A program made the translations under genes and the position numbers. Shown one piece after another: positions 12,550 to 26,755 of a DNA stretch of 64,000 nucleotides. How positions within the stretch are numbered: the first letter of the stretch is position 1; each line of letters starts with the position of its first letter. Source of the stretch: Basidiobolus meristosporus CBS 931.73 (lineage: Eukaryota > Fungi > Basidiobolomycota); assembly GCA_002104905.1 (NCBI GenBank), contig MCFE01000016.1, positions 1-64,000 of the forward strand. The letters are read 5' to 3'. The notes under the pieces are model-generated. The model ran no database searches and was not told the DNA's origin. It was given only the letters and a program-made list of their open reading frames with translations.

Positions 12550-15500
12550 AACCTATAGAATCGGTTTATCCCAACCGGAGCTTTGTTCATCTCACCAGTT
12601 ACGGCGTAAGATCCTGTTTCAGCAAAACAATTTTCGCGTGATTTAAACGCCACTTTGTACGGAATTTGCGGGCAGTATTCTTGATAGGAATCTGAGATGG
12701 TTGACTGGATGTTTGCATCTTTTGGAGTGCAAATAATGTAAGTCAGAGTGAAGAGATGTACCGTACCCATCTGTGGTGTACCGAATGGCGTTATGAAGGT
12801 TATTCATCGATGAAGGTGTGTAAATAGAGCTCTACCGAACTGATGCCAAATCCAAATTCCGTTGTCAAGTGTTCAACAATTGGAACAACTGATATTCCTC
12901 CTACTCACTACATCTCTACCAGCATTTAGCTTTGATCAAATTAAAGAAAAATGGCATCATTCTCATGGCTGTAGTAAAAGGGTATAAGATACTGAATAGT
13001 TGTGAGGAAGGTGAATGGTATTCAGTTGTATGGCATTGTGTTTGTTGGACTAAACTTGATCAACTAAGTATTCCAAGTTTGGTTCCAAATGTTGCTTGAC
13101 ATCTTGTGGTATCAATTAGGTATTGGATTCTCAGTTGGTATCAGTGTCACTCTTGAATCTGAAGTATTATCCCATGTTGTGATCTTATTCAAGGAAGCGA
13201 GCTACCCAAAAGCTTAGATAAGACACTGCCAGTAAACATAGTTCTTCGACAGATATCAAGCTTCATCCAAACTTTTATACATCTTGGTTTTGTGCTGATA
13301 TTTGATATCCTTGGAGATTGTGGAAGCAGGAAGAATTCTTCAAGAATCATCCAACAGATCCCGTGCTGTGTGGGCAACTTTTCACGTTTTTCCCAATCAG
13401 AAATTTCAAAATTGGATATTTCTGAAAGCTTGTAGCCAGATTTTAGACTTTGCCCAGCAATAGTGTATATATATGATATTCATATGGTATTCTGGTGCAT
13501 TCCAGCAAAGATTTAAGGTAAGATTTCCGCAGCACATTCCCATGTTCATCTAAAATGTAGCAAAATATGCTAAATGCACTCTCCTCCACATACTTCAAAT
13601 CCCTTCCCAACTCCCATTGTTACTAGACAGAGGCAAGGCAATGCTCAGGGAGGTAATTGCCCGAAGATTTTGACATGGAGGCCTCAATACTGCAGCTAGT
13701 AGAATTGCAACTTACACATGAACTGGCGAGAATCAGAAGATTGTGAAAATGCATTTACATCAAGGGTAGAGAGTTGTATAGATTGACTACAGGAAAAGGT
13801 TGTGGATGATCTTGAAAAATCATGGGCAATGTATGGGGTCCTTACTACAATTCCAAGGAATTGATCAAACGCACTTCAGAATTGATTTTCAAAGATATTG
13901 ACCATGTGTACGTAAAAAAGTCTAATGTACGATTAATGGTAGAGATTTAAAATTGTGGTGGTATTTTCCAAATCAATCCCTCGGAGTATCCTTCAACTTC
14001 TGAAAGCATGATTATCAATTATCAATGCTAAATAAGGAATACTTGACAATACACTTCCAGACAACTGTAGTAGGGCGTAGATAATATTTACAGCACTAAC
14101 CTGATTCTCCACAACAACGTATTTGATTAGACTCGCATGCTATCTAGAGCTTTTCGAGTACTCAACACTACGAGTTATTGATGCAGTAAAAGGGGATCCT
14201 AGTACTAGATATAAGATGAGGCGTTAACCCCCATCCATCAAATTTGGGGCTATAGGTTAAACAAAAGAACTCTCTTTTCCAAATAATTCAAAGTGGTTAC
14301 ATTTATCCCAAAATCCGAATTAGACTAGAATGGAAAAATAAACGTTTATAGCTTATATCATGTCCAGCGGTACAATGAGGAAATCTAGGCGTGCCAGCGA
14401 TGCTCGACTTCTGCATATTCAGCTGGGCATTTGGGGATCTGGTAGCCGTTGCCATTTCTGATAGTATTATAGCTCACTCGTCCAAAGTGCACAGGCGTAC
14501 ATCTGGCTAATGTTCGCCCCAGGTAGGACCTGGTTCTGGATGCTATGGGAGTGATGATGTTGGTTGAACTAAATGAGCATTGATAGTCACAATCACAATC
14601 GAATCTAGCAAGTGTGCGGTTCCCAAAGTAAGTGAGGTGAAACCAATATGTAGGTAGGGTTATTGTGGTTTAGGGCTCAAACTTAATTCCCCAATTAGTA
14701 TGTATATTTTTAGGCATTTGACCGACAGTTGATGTAAGAATCCGCATTCAGTTTTTATTAACCTGCCAATTATATCTGTGTTTGTTCAACATGCGAGGTA
14801 TTCTGGTTAAATAATATGAGGTGACCAGCTGCGTTACATTATGCTATTGCCAAATTGCGGAAATGAATTCGACCATGAAAGACAAAGCCATGGACTCTGC
14901 CATGTCAGTATAGATACTGTTTAGGATGCTGATTCAATCTAATCTTGCAAATGCAAGGATGTTCCGCATCAGGATCTGCCTGGTGATAATGCTATGGTTG
15001 ACCATACTGTGTAGCCAATAGTCATCATAAGTGGACCAAAAACCTGCGAAATTACAGTCTTCGGTTACAAATAGGTAATTCCACAAGCGATCAATTCTCA
15101 GAGGGTTGATTCCAGAGACAGCAGTCGCTAAATGTTTTGTGCGTGAGGGCGATGGTTACCAGCATCCATTCTGGGTTTTGAGGGGTTGGTAATCATCGGG
15201 TGGCAACTGGTTGATCCTATCCCTTATTTACCATGCATCCGAAATCAAATCCTTGCTAACGAGCAATATTAGGACTCATGCGCAATGTAGGATACGCAGA
15301 CCACGAAATAACCTTGATCTAGGTCGTGCCTCAATACGCATACGGACCTTCAGCCTTGTCTTATGCGGCAGCTATTTAGCCTCTTGAATTGATTGATGCT
15401 CCTGGAGACACAGTCAATTGATTTTAGTAATATTAGCTAAAGGATCCTCATTGATAAGGAATAGGAGATGCGCTAGAAAGATTGGAACTAATGTAAGAAT

Positions 15501-15750
15501 CGCTCAAAGTCTTGCCTGATGCAGGTCGATGTTCTGCATTATAAGTGTAAACCACTTAAGCTTAGATATGGTAAGCAATCCTACTGGGCATCGGGTATGA
15601 ATGAGGCAGGGTTTAGCCCATTTACTTAGGTCGATAGAGGTCCATGGTGATTCTTTAGCACGCAAAATTTTCCCCAGTCCATATATAGGACCTCGTTGTT
15701 GCTGTCTGGGACACAAAGAAAGTTTAAACCTAAAGCTAATAAATAAGATT
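12550..15750 (-). mobile_element. Heavily decayed non-LTR (LINE-like) retroelement fragments
   Basis: No intact gene. Long minus-strand frames are broken by scattered stops. Weak resemblances: 'NWGIKFEP' (RT domain 6-like, ~14680), 'MYACALW..YYQKWQRL' (post-RT region, ~14480) and 'LCLQEH' (APE endonuclease-like, ~15405). CpG-poor. Boundaries are approximate. Confidence 0.3.
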
Positions 15751-17522
15751 ATGTGGCACTAACGTCAACGACCTGATATACTCTTGTGGTACTTCACCTT
15801 ACAGTTTCCATGTAGGCCGGATATATGAATTATTCCATGGGCTCACCCAGTTAATGAATGATATTGTAGCCATGGCCAATCGGCTGTCTTCATGGCTGAT
15901 ACTCGTCACAGCTGCAAAACCTCAACCTAGCCTAATGATCTCACATGATGTCCATTCGGTTCTTAAACCATCTAGATTAACCAATCAACAGTCTTAGTTC
16001 GCACCTGAAACCAAAAAAAGTTTAAATTATCAATGTCCTCCTAATGGTAAATGGCTATGAGTAGTGAAGTCTCGAATGGAATTTTTGAATAGGTAGAGTG
16101 AAATCGAACTCGATTGCAGAAACTATCACTTCATAATGGATTACGACTATGACATGGAGTATACCTGGCTGGCGAAAATAGACGGGCGGAGTGCTATCAG
16201 GGTTCGAGGGCTCATAAAAGCTTGCTTGGTGACCAGGTGGGTGGTATGATACGTGATTGTTGAGAACTTACTGTACATTCTAAAAAATACGTCGAGTTTC
16301 AGACTACCTCGTCATGAGGTGCCAATGCTGCCAACCTCATTTCCTCGTACTGATAATGCCTATTCCATTTTCTTTATAGAAATATCAAATATCACATGGA
16401 TATGGGGTCTCAAAGGGAGAAAACATCCTAATGATACAAACGGTGTTTCATGTCTTGATTAAAAGCTATGCGCTTGGGAGTGTGAGTGTTAACGTCACGT
16501 TATAGTATATCGATTCCTTCTATTTGATACAAAGAAAATCGGTGAGACCATGCCCATTGCAATGACTAATGAAGGCAATGTCCTGAATTCTTCACTAATA
16601 GTACCAAAGATGTCTTGAGGCACACGCATTATGGCGAAGGTGGGTATGTGATGAATCAATTTCCTTCTTCTCTACTCCCACAATGTCGAAGTTACTGTTA
16701 TATCAATAATCAGATCCACTTGGGAGAGTTGAGCATGAAAAAAGAGCAGTATTTAGCGAAGCCTAGGATCAAGCTCTGCGGATGTAGCGTGGAGAGTATA
16801 ATAACACTAATAAAAAAGCCCAGCCACTTCTGACCTATATAAATTAGCGGTGGCTACTGCCAACACCATGTTGGTTAACTTACGGACGGATTTAATATTT
16901 TAATGTGAATCGGTTTCAAATAGGCCCTTAATGGAATGACTAAGTATCAGATTTGAACAAGGATCAATGCTTACTTGGAACACAATATGAAACATCTCGA
17001 ATCCATCATTCCATTGATATTGGTTTCGTGATATTTAATTCTTTACTCCCATATTATTATGGATTCGAGATGAATCGATTTTGCACAAAAATAAGCTTCT
17101 ATAGATCCAGATTTGACCGTAGCAGGTACTTTCCTTTTCTGATTACTACCGTGGTATCAAATGACCTTCACAGTAGGGTAATATTAGAATTGAGAACCCC
17201 GCTGATCATTGGGTCCGGGATAAAAGACTTTTATGTTAGCCTTGAATAGGATCCGGAGATCCACAAGCCTAGGCAGGCAAAAGTACTATCCCCTTTATTC
17301 GATAAACAAGTTTTTTATTTATAAAGAAGCTCAATGGAATGCCTACTATAAAAATAGAATTCCATAATCTCTCAAATTTCAGCAGTGGAAGCTTACCCTA
17401 TCCTATATAAAGTGGTCGCCTGAGCCGTACTCGGTCACTACAAATCTACTTCACAATCCTTGTACATTTGATAATTGACTTTCAAATCATTGTAAATTCA
17501 ACAACTACAGCGTACATAAGAC

Positions 17523-18608
17523 ATGTTCAAGAGATCACGAAAAGACTCATCACTACTAAGCAACGAAGGGCTTGAAATCGACGTTCACAAAGATGTCCTT
17601 ACCATGTATGGCACCTCAAGCGAGTCTGTTGGGTGTGTTTTGCGTGGGACATTAAGATTTCACTTGATTGAGCCGATGAAAGTTAAATCCATATCTCTCA
17701 GGTTCCTAGGGAGAGTAAAGCTGGGCGATGGTGCTGGTATGTTAACTTGACATATCCTACTCTGGTTTACATGTTTACTAAGATTCATGTTGCTTCTTAC
17801 AGATTTCCAATGTCAAGAAATAGATCTTATCGATCACAAATGGACTTTCCTTGAGTCCGAGCAAGATCCGTACTTGCTCGCACCATCCAATTACCGATAC
17901 AACTTCGAACTACCTTTGCCTGGAAACTTGCCAGAATCAGTAGAGGTTCCACATGGAAGCGTTTCTTACAAACTCATGGCGTTCGTCGAGCGGCCTGCTT
18001 TCAGAAATGACTTCAAAGCTGAGAAAGGGGTTGATATACAGCGTGCACCATTACCATCAACAGATGAATATCTGCAACCCACCATGGTGTCTGGGATTTG
18101 GGCGGAGAGGTTGGGATATTATATCTCTACACCAGACACAATCTACACAGTTGGGGACACATTCCCGGTGATGTTCAGTTTGCTGTCGCTTGATCCATAC
18201 TTCTGCATGATCAAAACCACCGTAGTCCTGAGAGAATTTGTTACATATAATGTAAAAAACTCCAAGCCAATTTTGAAACAATACGACTTGAGTCGGGCTA
18301 GCGCCATCGCCAGCCGTAAGCAAGAACTATCTTGGGATGGTGCATTGAATCTGGAGATTCCTAAACGAACACTTTACGATTGCGAGACGGATTATATACG
18401 CGTTTTTCATAAGTTTTTCGTTGAAATCGAAGTGATGGAGGTTACCGGGGAGATCCAGGTTCTCCATGTTCTGCTGAAAGTTGGAGTCCAATCAAACCTA
18501 CAAAATGAGCTGGCCCAATCTCCTCCTGAATATGAACCCATCTCTGGCTTCTCCGATATGCCACCACCACCATATAATCGAGACCACTCGAGTCTCGTTG
18601 TAGTTTAG
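17523..18608 (+). CDS. Alpha-arrestin (arrestin-related trafficking adaptor)
   Basis: One intron 17737-17802. GCVLRGTLRF..EPMKVKSISLRFLG, YRYNFELPLPGNLPESVEVPHGSVSYKLMAFVERP, and C-terminal PY motifs PPEY and PPPPY. Confidence 0.9.
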
Positions 18609-20399
18609 CATAATTCACATCACCTACTATTTCGCATCCTGTGCCACCCAGACACCACTTTAGAGATTGACTGCATAATTCGATATTTTTGTTGAACGCT
18701 ATTTTGTAAATACAGGCTTGTTTCTTACACCCCTCAAATATGTTTAATTCTAATCCACATACATACTATGTAGAGTAACCACTCCTAACTATATGATACA
18801 TAGCTATCACTCCATAAAGCCAATAAACTAAGTAATAGTTGAACTACACGTGGATACTGGTTAATAATCATCATCTAGCAGATGGAGATCAGCTATATCG
18901 GCGACTTGTGGCGGGACCTTTATGCAAATAGAAACAATCCTCCATGTGAGTCGTAAGGAGTATCAGGTGGGCAGTCACTCCCCAAATATCCAGGGAACGT
19001 ATTCTGGCTAGTGGTAGAGTTAACAGTGGTGATTTTCTAATGCTACCAGCTGCATCTGAATCCCATGTTTCAGAATGAACGATTTCCTTACCCTTGCCTT
19101 ATCGGGGTTACTCCTTTCGCTTCAACGCGCACTGAAGTATAGAGAAGCATGAACTTTCCATTATCGTGACGTGGAGGTCAAGGGTTTACAGTCATAAATC
19201 GGCTTGAGCCTCGAGTATAGATGCGGGAATTTCATGAGACTGAAATCCAGTAAGACAAGGGAGATACACACAGGATTCGGGGCAAACATGACCTATCGGG
19301 ATGCTACATACCTCGAGGTGCCCACAGAGATTCTCTCAAAAGGTACCAAATCTCGCAGGTGACATCTTCAGCGGAACCGTTCAACCTGGTGATTGTCAGA
19401 GGATTTTCAGTTGCATGTTCCACCATCCAATTCCATTCTCAACAAATAATTGAGCGAGAATTAAGGTTTACCCATTGTTTGAGTTTAAAAGTTTAATATT
19501 GGGAAAACCGGATTTTCCCGGTAGAATCTCGGTTAATTGGCCAAACTCTCGAATGATATAAATCCACTTACCCAAATCAAGAAACCGGATCAATTGTGCG
19601 ATACAAAGCGCACCAGTCGAGAATCATGATGCTTGGTGCATGAGTGGAGGAGACCAGCCACATTTCTCTTGTTTTGACCAGATCCCCGCCCACCGACACA
19701 TGCGTGCTATGATGAGCCGTGATGCCTAGTTTCACCCTGAGGCTCTCCACGAACTTGAGATTTGCTTGTTCGTTCCATGCCCATATCCTCTCGTAACCAG
19801 TGCATTGTGGTAAGAGGCAGCATCATATGTGGAACCCATGGTCTGGACGTGGAATGATTATACTGATGTGATGACAATACAGCAATCTTTGGGGATAACC
19901 CGTCCAAAATGCACCCGAATATTCCCATACTTCTCGACCCCCATTTAAGCACCCAAATCTCGAGCAGCATCTAGCCACTTCGATACTGAAGCTCCACATG
20001 GAAAAACATTCACGATTATGGGGCAATTGGCTTCTGTTCGAAATAAGCGGAGATTAGAGTCCCAAAATATGCTTATTCTCTCGTATCGCGCAATAAACTG
20101 TCGATCTCAAGACAACGATGATAATAATAAGTGAGGTGCGTTTCTAATGGCCAAGAAAGGTATGGAAAGGCTGACGGTTACCCCCTAATGCATCTACTAT
20201 CGTGGGGGCAATGGTCACACATATGTAGGAAAAAATCGACTGCTAAAGTGAAGCCTTGTGGTATCACATCACTTATTTATCTCCTTTGGGCTGTAATACT
20301 ATATGATGCTCAATATTCCTAACAACAGCACTGCAGAAAAGGAATTCGTATCAAACATTCTAAGCCTCGATGTGGCTTTGGTTGTGATGGAATCTACGA

Positions 20400-20950
20400 C
20401 CACCTTAATCGAACTGAAAGGATAATCTGGACACTTGGAACATTAAGACATGAGATTATTTCCAATTATTGATGGATGGCTAGGTAAATTCGGCAAGGTA
20501 GAAAAGCTTTTTAGTGCTGATTTTTAGCTGTATTGACAATTATGGATTCGTATCACTTCACGAGATACGCAGAAATTCCAAAGTTGTCCATGACAAGGGC
20601 TACCCTTTCAACTGGTGAGGATAGCTTAACCAACATTGATGCGTCCGCTCCAGCTAACGAGTCCAGTGGCGGTGTGGGCCTTCGACGAGATTGGTATTTG
20701 GCGCGGAAATGAACGTGTTGAGGCCAAATCTCACTGTACTCATGAGTGTCAGTGGAGTACTGGCTTGGAGCCGATGTACATTAATGCTGGGCATCATAAT
20801 CACTAGAATCACTTGAAACATCCTTCCAGCACAGGTGCAGTGCTTGTATTGCGGAGCCTTGATTCGATAGATGTGTAGCAGCAGGCTTTTCCAGTTTTTC
20901 AAACAATCCGCCACTCACATGGTCTTGAGGATATAGCGCATATCAGTAGA
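20400..20950 (+). mobile_element. Degenerate Ty3/gypsy integrase-like fragment
   Basis: Interrupted frame reads SGHLEH*..GWLGKFGKVEKL..QKFQSCP*Q..RPLQLTSPVAVWAFDEIG, resembling the H2C2 zinc-binding region and the first catalytic-Asp region of gypsy integrase. Multiple stops; recognition is weak. Confidence 0.3.
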
Positions 20951-21959
20951 TACTTGGTCTCAGAGATGTTTGGAATCTTCAGTCTGTGATCTTAATCTCC
21001 ATTACCATCATCACTTGCATTTCGCATCCAAGGCATGTTTCTCAGAGGATTATTTATAGATAATCATTGCTCAATACTGCCAATGAAGCAATCCTGATGT
21101 TGGTGATCTTATGAAGGCCAAGTATCACCGTTTCGAACACCCGCCAATTAGTGGTGAAATGAATATCAAACAGCGATGCATGTTCTTGAACTGCAAAATC
21201 AGCATGAGTTATAACTACAGTCAGATTAGTCATTTGGCAGGGAATTGTCACCTAAAGCGCATTCACGGGTATAGATGTGAACCTCAGAGGTTTCGGAAAC
21301 CTGGATGTGCCGTGTCTCAAGTACGCTACTCATCTCCAACTTGTGAATCAAAAAGCTGAATACATTGGGTAGCTGAGACAGTTCGTAAATTTGATGCACC
21401 GACTTTGCCAACATAGTGGTGCTCAACGACTGCAACACATGGTATATTGTTGGGGGTACTCCATTGGATGCATGTCTCTATTTCCCAACCTATTGCTCTA
21501 TAGAATTCCACTAAACTACAAAACTGTAGATCAATAATTTGAGCTCATATACCACAAAAGTAGATATCTTGCAAGTATTCCAGTTGTCCAAATCACTTCC
21601 AATACTTCCCAGTATCTTGTAACATATCATACTAACGAGATGCTATGAAATAGAAATAGTTGCCGAAGTAATACGGCTTGGGGATAGAACTCAGCTCATG
21701 GCCTACTTAGCCCAGCTACACTCTAAAACTTTGAGCCAACTAGCTTTATACACTGGTACTAATAGAAATCCATTGTTCTTATATACCTGACTCCACAAGT
21801 TTCCGGGATTTGAATAAATACAATTGCTTGACAGCCCAGCTGTCAAATATCCAATATAATACTTGTTGGGGAAGATTTTATGAAGTGATGTGCAAAGGTT
21901 AGGGCCATTTGTGCTGTAACTCTTGTATTCACACCTGAAGAGTTACATTTACCCAAGTC

Positions 21960-23690
21960 ATGAGAGTCTTGGAGATATTGGAATTGATGGAGAGAATAGG
22001 TAGAATATTTAGTTTTCACTTGATGACTTATTGAATAAAGCAGTGGTGCTCTATTGCAGGTTGCTGCAGTAGAGTACACTGAGAAGATTCTCAAGAATAT
22101 GAGTGCTATCTTTGAGGGCTCCTGCACAACATCAAAAAAAAGTCTTTTTCTCATATTCCTGATAGCTAGTGACCCTATTCTTGTTTTAAACTTTGTAGTT
22201 ACACCTAAATATTCCTCTGACTTGATCACTTAGGTCTTTACCTTCAAATCTTAGAGAATTCTTACCAAATTCCTTGTTGGGATTTACTAGGAATATTTTC
22301 ACCAAAATATCAGGTACCCAGAGCATGAAGTTCTGTTACGTTGTCCAGACATTCCTAAACCTTGCACACATGCTCTCTGGACCTTCTCAAAGATATTACA
22401 CATATTTTTATTGCCAAGACCATGTAAAAGTATAAATACTACTCTTACAGTCAATAAATCATTGAGTGAAAGCCACATAAGCTACTTGTTCTCCTAATCA
22501 CCTCTAATATCTTCAGAACTCTTACAGCATAGTATCTATATGTAGGCTTATTGAGCATGGATAAATTGGCCAACTTTTAGAAAAGGCATAATACTGATAA
22601 GATCTCACAAAGTGGGGTATTTGTTACAAATTTTGTAACTACACCTAATTATTCACTTTACTTAGTGATAAGTAGATTATTGATACTTTAGTTATAAGTT
22701 ACAGGTGTATGAATGTCTTAAGTATACATTGAATACTTATAACAGAATCTATGGTAGCTTGTAGGAGCTTTCTTTTTGTAAATTCTGTAATTACACCTAA
22801 ATAATCACTTAACTCAGTCCATTGGATCACAGTCTACCAATCTTAGAGAATTATGCCATAATTCCTTGTTGGGTTTTACTTCAAATATATTCACCAAAAT
22901 ATCAGGTACCCAGGACATGAGAAACTGCAGTTGTCCAAACAGCCCCAAACCTTGCAAACATGCTCTTGGAAACTTTCTGGATATATTATAAGAGTTTGTT
23001 TTGCCCAGACCATGTAAAAGTACAAGCATTACTCTTACATTCAGCAAATCATCAAGTGAAGACCTCAGAGTCTACTTGTTCTCCCACTCACTTCCAATAT
23101 CTCCCAAACTCTTGCAAAATTGCTCAAAGTGTACTCAGAAATATTGTAAGAGCATACAAATGTATCTATATCACTTGAACATTCAATAAATCACTGCATC
23201 ACATAATAGTACAGCTTTAACAATCACTTCTTTTATTGATTAAACCATTGCATATCAATTGGGGTGATGACCCAACCTGAAGTCCAAGCCCACTATTGAA
23301 CAAATAATAAAGCTTACACGAATATTCTTTGTGCTGGGCTATTTGGTTTTTACTGTTGTAAAAATTTGTAATTCCACCTAAATATTCACCTGACTTAGTC
23401 ACTTAGATCATTACCTTCATATCCTAGAGAATACTGACCAAATTCCTTGTCGGGATTTACTTAGAATTTTTACCCAGAACATGAAAATTAGATAAGTTGT
23501 CCAAACAGCCCCAAAATTTGCACACATGTTCTTGGGACCTTCCTTAACCTATTTTACGTGTTTGTTATGCCAAGACCATGTAGAAGTGTAAATACTACTT
23601 TTACATTCAATAAATCATTAAGTGAAAACCACATAATATACTTGTTCTCCCAATCACTTCCAATATCTCCAAGACTCTTACAGCATTTAC
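21960..23690. repeat. Three diverged direct copies of a ~330-bp unit, plus a short partial copy and an inverted partial copy
   Basis: Copies at ~22190-22530, ~22780-23120 and ~23362-23690 share 'gta(a/g)tt(a/c)cacctaaat', 'aattccttgt(t/c)ggg', 'gttgtcca', 'gaccatgta' and 'tacttgttctcc..aatatct'. Partial copy at ~22628-22665. Inverted copy of the unit's 3' end at ~21960-22050. Confidence 0.9.
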
Positions 23691-24809
23691 TTGGTGATGT
23701 CCATTATATCAAATCCTATTTCATTTGAATGCATTATGCTGCAATGTATGGGATAGCATATAAACCATTCACCTTGGCAATACTTCATAGTATTATTTAT
23801 AATCCCTATGAAAACTAACAAACGGACTTGGGGTATTCAGCTGGTATTCTTTGGTCAATCTTTTAAGTGTAACTTTGGAGTCAGTGAGCAAAAACATCTG
23901 ATGATGTAAGTTGTAACTTTGAGAAATGTTGGACTGCAGGTAATATGCTAGTCTTTGGTATTTTTTTTGGCTTGTAGGAAATCTGCCTAATGAAAAATTA
24001 GGCCAAGGATGAGGTTTGCTTGGTATTTACTAATGCATTGAATTGATGAGATGCTGAGTTAATACAAAGTTTCAAGCCTGTCCAAAAGCCCCTGCACTTT
24101 GCACACAACTATCAGTAATCTTCCTCAGGGCATCGTAATTATCACCTCTACAAATTGCTGCTAAAATCATTTATATTTTATTTCGCCTTGATTAGACAAC
24201 AAAACAAAACCACACGTTCAGACACACCGAGCTTTTAACGCACTACATCTAATAAATTAAACCTAACTTATGTTCTATTTGGTGATATCCTATCCTTCTT
24301 GTATTACCAACTCCATTGAGGATTTCAGAGCATGAAAGAATGCTGAGTATTAACTGGAAAGGCATATTGCATGAAAGCCTATAACAGACGCGGACAAACA
24401 GGAGACTTGAAGGGATATTTTGGGTATCAGAAGCGCATTTTCATATATTGATATACTAGACTGAGTTAAGGAAGTCATGATTCTGCAGTTAATTGCATAT
24501 CTGAATGTGAATTAAACCTAACATAGCTCCTAATTATCATAACAATCACATGAATCATCAGTATCAACACGGTTCGGAAAGAATATACTATCACTAGGAA
24601 ATCAACTTGGAATTGGAAAAAATGGAAAATATATTATCAGAGTCCAAGATGCTCGCCTAGTCTATAACGATAATACATAAATAATCTGGTGCTAAACCAA
24701 CTTAACCAGTAGCAATCTGGTTCAACAAATCGCTTCCTCAAAATGTCCAGAGTACCATACACCTTGCTGTTATACCATTTTGTATTTGATTAGGAATTAT
24801 TACAGTATA

Positions 24810-25110
24810 CACCCATTCTTTCAGACACATAAATCCCGCTCATCGTCATTTGAATGTAATACTAATCCCCAGGACAGGCACATCACCTTTTTCTTTTGCA
24901 ACCTGAATAAACTAATGCTCCGACTCTTCAGCGCGGATTTATTGTATATGGTTATCCACTGTTTTATATCTTCAATCATACAAATGATCTGCAGGAGACT
25001 CATTCAAATCAATGGTATTTGGATCTCGTTTTTGAAACCTTTAAATAATCGTTCAACATTGTAGAAATATTGAAAAGAGCGCACCCCTTCCGAAGATATC
25101 TCGTAATTAT
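24810..25110 (-). mobile_element. LINE reverse-transcriptase remnant
   Basis: Frameshifted pieces YLRKGCALFNI (like GxRQGCPLSPxLFNI), then IEDIKQW..KKKVMCLSWG..DERDLCV (like KCKVM..ExDLGV). Stops and frameshifts are present. Confidence 0.4.
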
Positions 25111-26755
25111 TGGTGTAGATTCATTGCTTATATTTGGGAAACGAAAGCTGCATTTTCATCCATTACCCCTGACCATTCTCAAGCTCCCAATTTCATTTAC
25201 CAAATACCATCCACGCACAGCTATATTAAATTGACCTCATATATCCACATTTTTGACATGGTATGAGCTTGCCGAGTTTTACTTTATTAAAAGGCCTAGA
25301 GAGATGTGGGTAATGCTTGGAGCCTAGATAGCTTTGACCTTCAGGGATCATAATCCACTATCAATTCTTCAATATTTGGATCGAATCTCTGAATACTTCC
25401 ATCTGTATTAAATATCTCTAGTGACATCATAATTGCGTTGGTATTGATAAATTTGCGAGGCAAGTGGCTATATGCTACGTTAAGCCCTTTTCAGAATTCC
25501 ATGAAACAATGATGTGATTGGGTGGTGGTGTGGGTCAGAAAACGACCAAGAAGCGCTGGTGAAGAGTGTTCACCCAGCCCTGAGGAAGCCAAGGCAGGAT
25601 CTCGAGAGATTCTAATACAGAATGGCATGTTCCAATCCGATGCTATTTCTAATTTTGTTCCAAAATTGCCACACATTTGAAATGTTTCTTTTATATGATC
25701 ATATAATAGCACGTTATTTCGCATTCGCCTTGATTCTCCTATTCTCCCACACATCACCAATGGTGCATTGATCCCTTTTCACAGCATGCACACTTGTATG
25801 ATTTAGAAGTATTGAACTTGAACAATGCTATACTCTAAAATTAATCCAACAGTCACACACAGCCGAATTTGGACATAGTTGGGAGTATTGTAGCTTGGCT
25901 TAAAAGCTCTTGTACGGAGATTTTCAATTATGTCGTATTAATATCCCATCACAGGTATTACTGTCCCAAAATGAAACTCTAGGACATGAAGCCTCGCTGG
26001 AATCACGTCCACTAGGATTGACTTGTTAAATACAATGACTTCCCTACTTCAGACAGGGCTTAAGAGGTAGGCGCGGTGTATTGCTCATGATTAGATTACT
26101 CGATGAGTCAAGCTCTTACTGTGGAGCTTCCACCAAGAGTGGATTTTCCAGGCGCGAATTTTGTTCCAATTGTACAATACTGCGCAGTAAATTATGAACT
26201 AGCACTAATATATTAGGTGTGGTAACACCATATAGCAGAGACTTGTATACTACAGGATTACAGCATACACCGTCAAATCTCTACAATTGTATCACAATGG
26301 ATAGCATGTCTCCTGGTTAGTCGAGCAAAATCGAGCTAGAAATTTGATTACCTTTTGCTATTCAGACTCTGATCACTTTGGGCTGACACGCACCGTCAAC
26401 ATAATCTCTCCTCAAATGCGTATAGAAACAACCATTTGGAGCAGCATGTTCCTTTACAACAATAATATGGGTGCTTCAGCGATATAGCCCACAGTAAGCG
26501 ATTGACGACAACTAAAACTCTAAAGGGGTAAACTAGTTTAAACTTGAAAGATATCTTCATTAGCTGCGATACTGTGTTATGGGATCCATAATTAACCCGT
26601 AAGTCGAATCAAGTCTAACCATCTCCAGGATTTTAAAAACGTCCACTTGAAGTTAACAGACATCGTTGTATAGCCTTTTGTGATTTCATCATTTTGAATT
26701 TTGACATATCTTAACTTTAGCTACTGCAGCCACTGCATTAAGGTAGACTCGTTCA

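Noticed and set aside
16190-16240. GGTTCGA T-loop-like motif
   Set aside because: No cloverleaf or A-box can be built around it; no tRNA gene supported.
18900-19700. Gypsy RT/RNase H-like phrases on the minus strand (IRFLDLGKW.., SPLLTLP)
   Set aside because: Spacing is inconsistent with a pol polyprotein and could be chance.
22190-23690. CRISPR-like repeat-spacer appearance
   Set aside because: Repeats are ~330 bp and diverged, in a eukaryotic genome with no cas genes.
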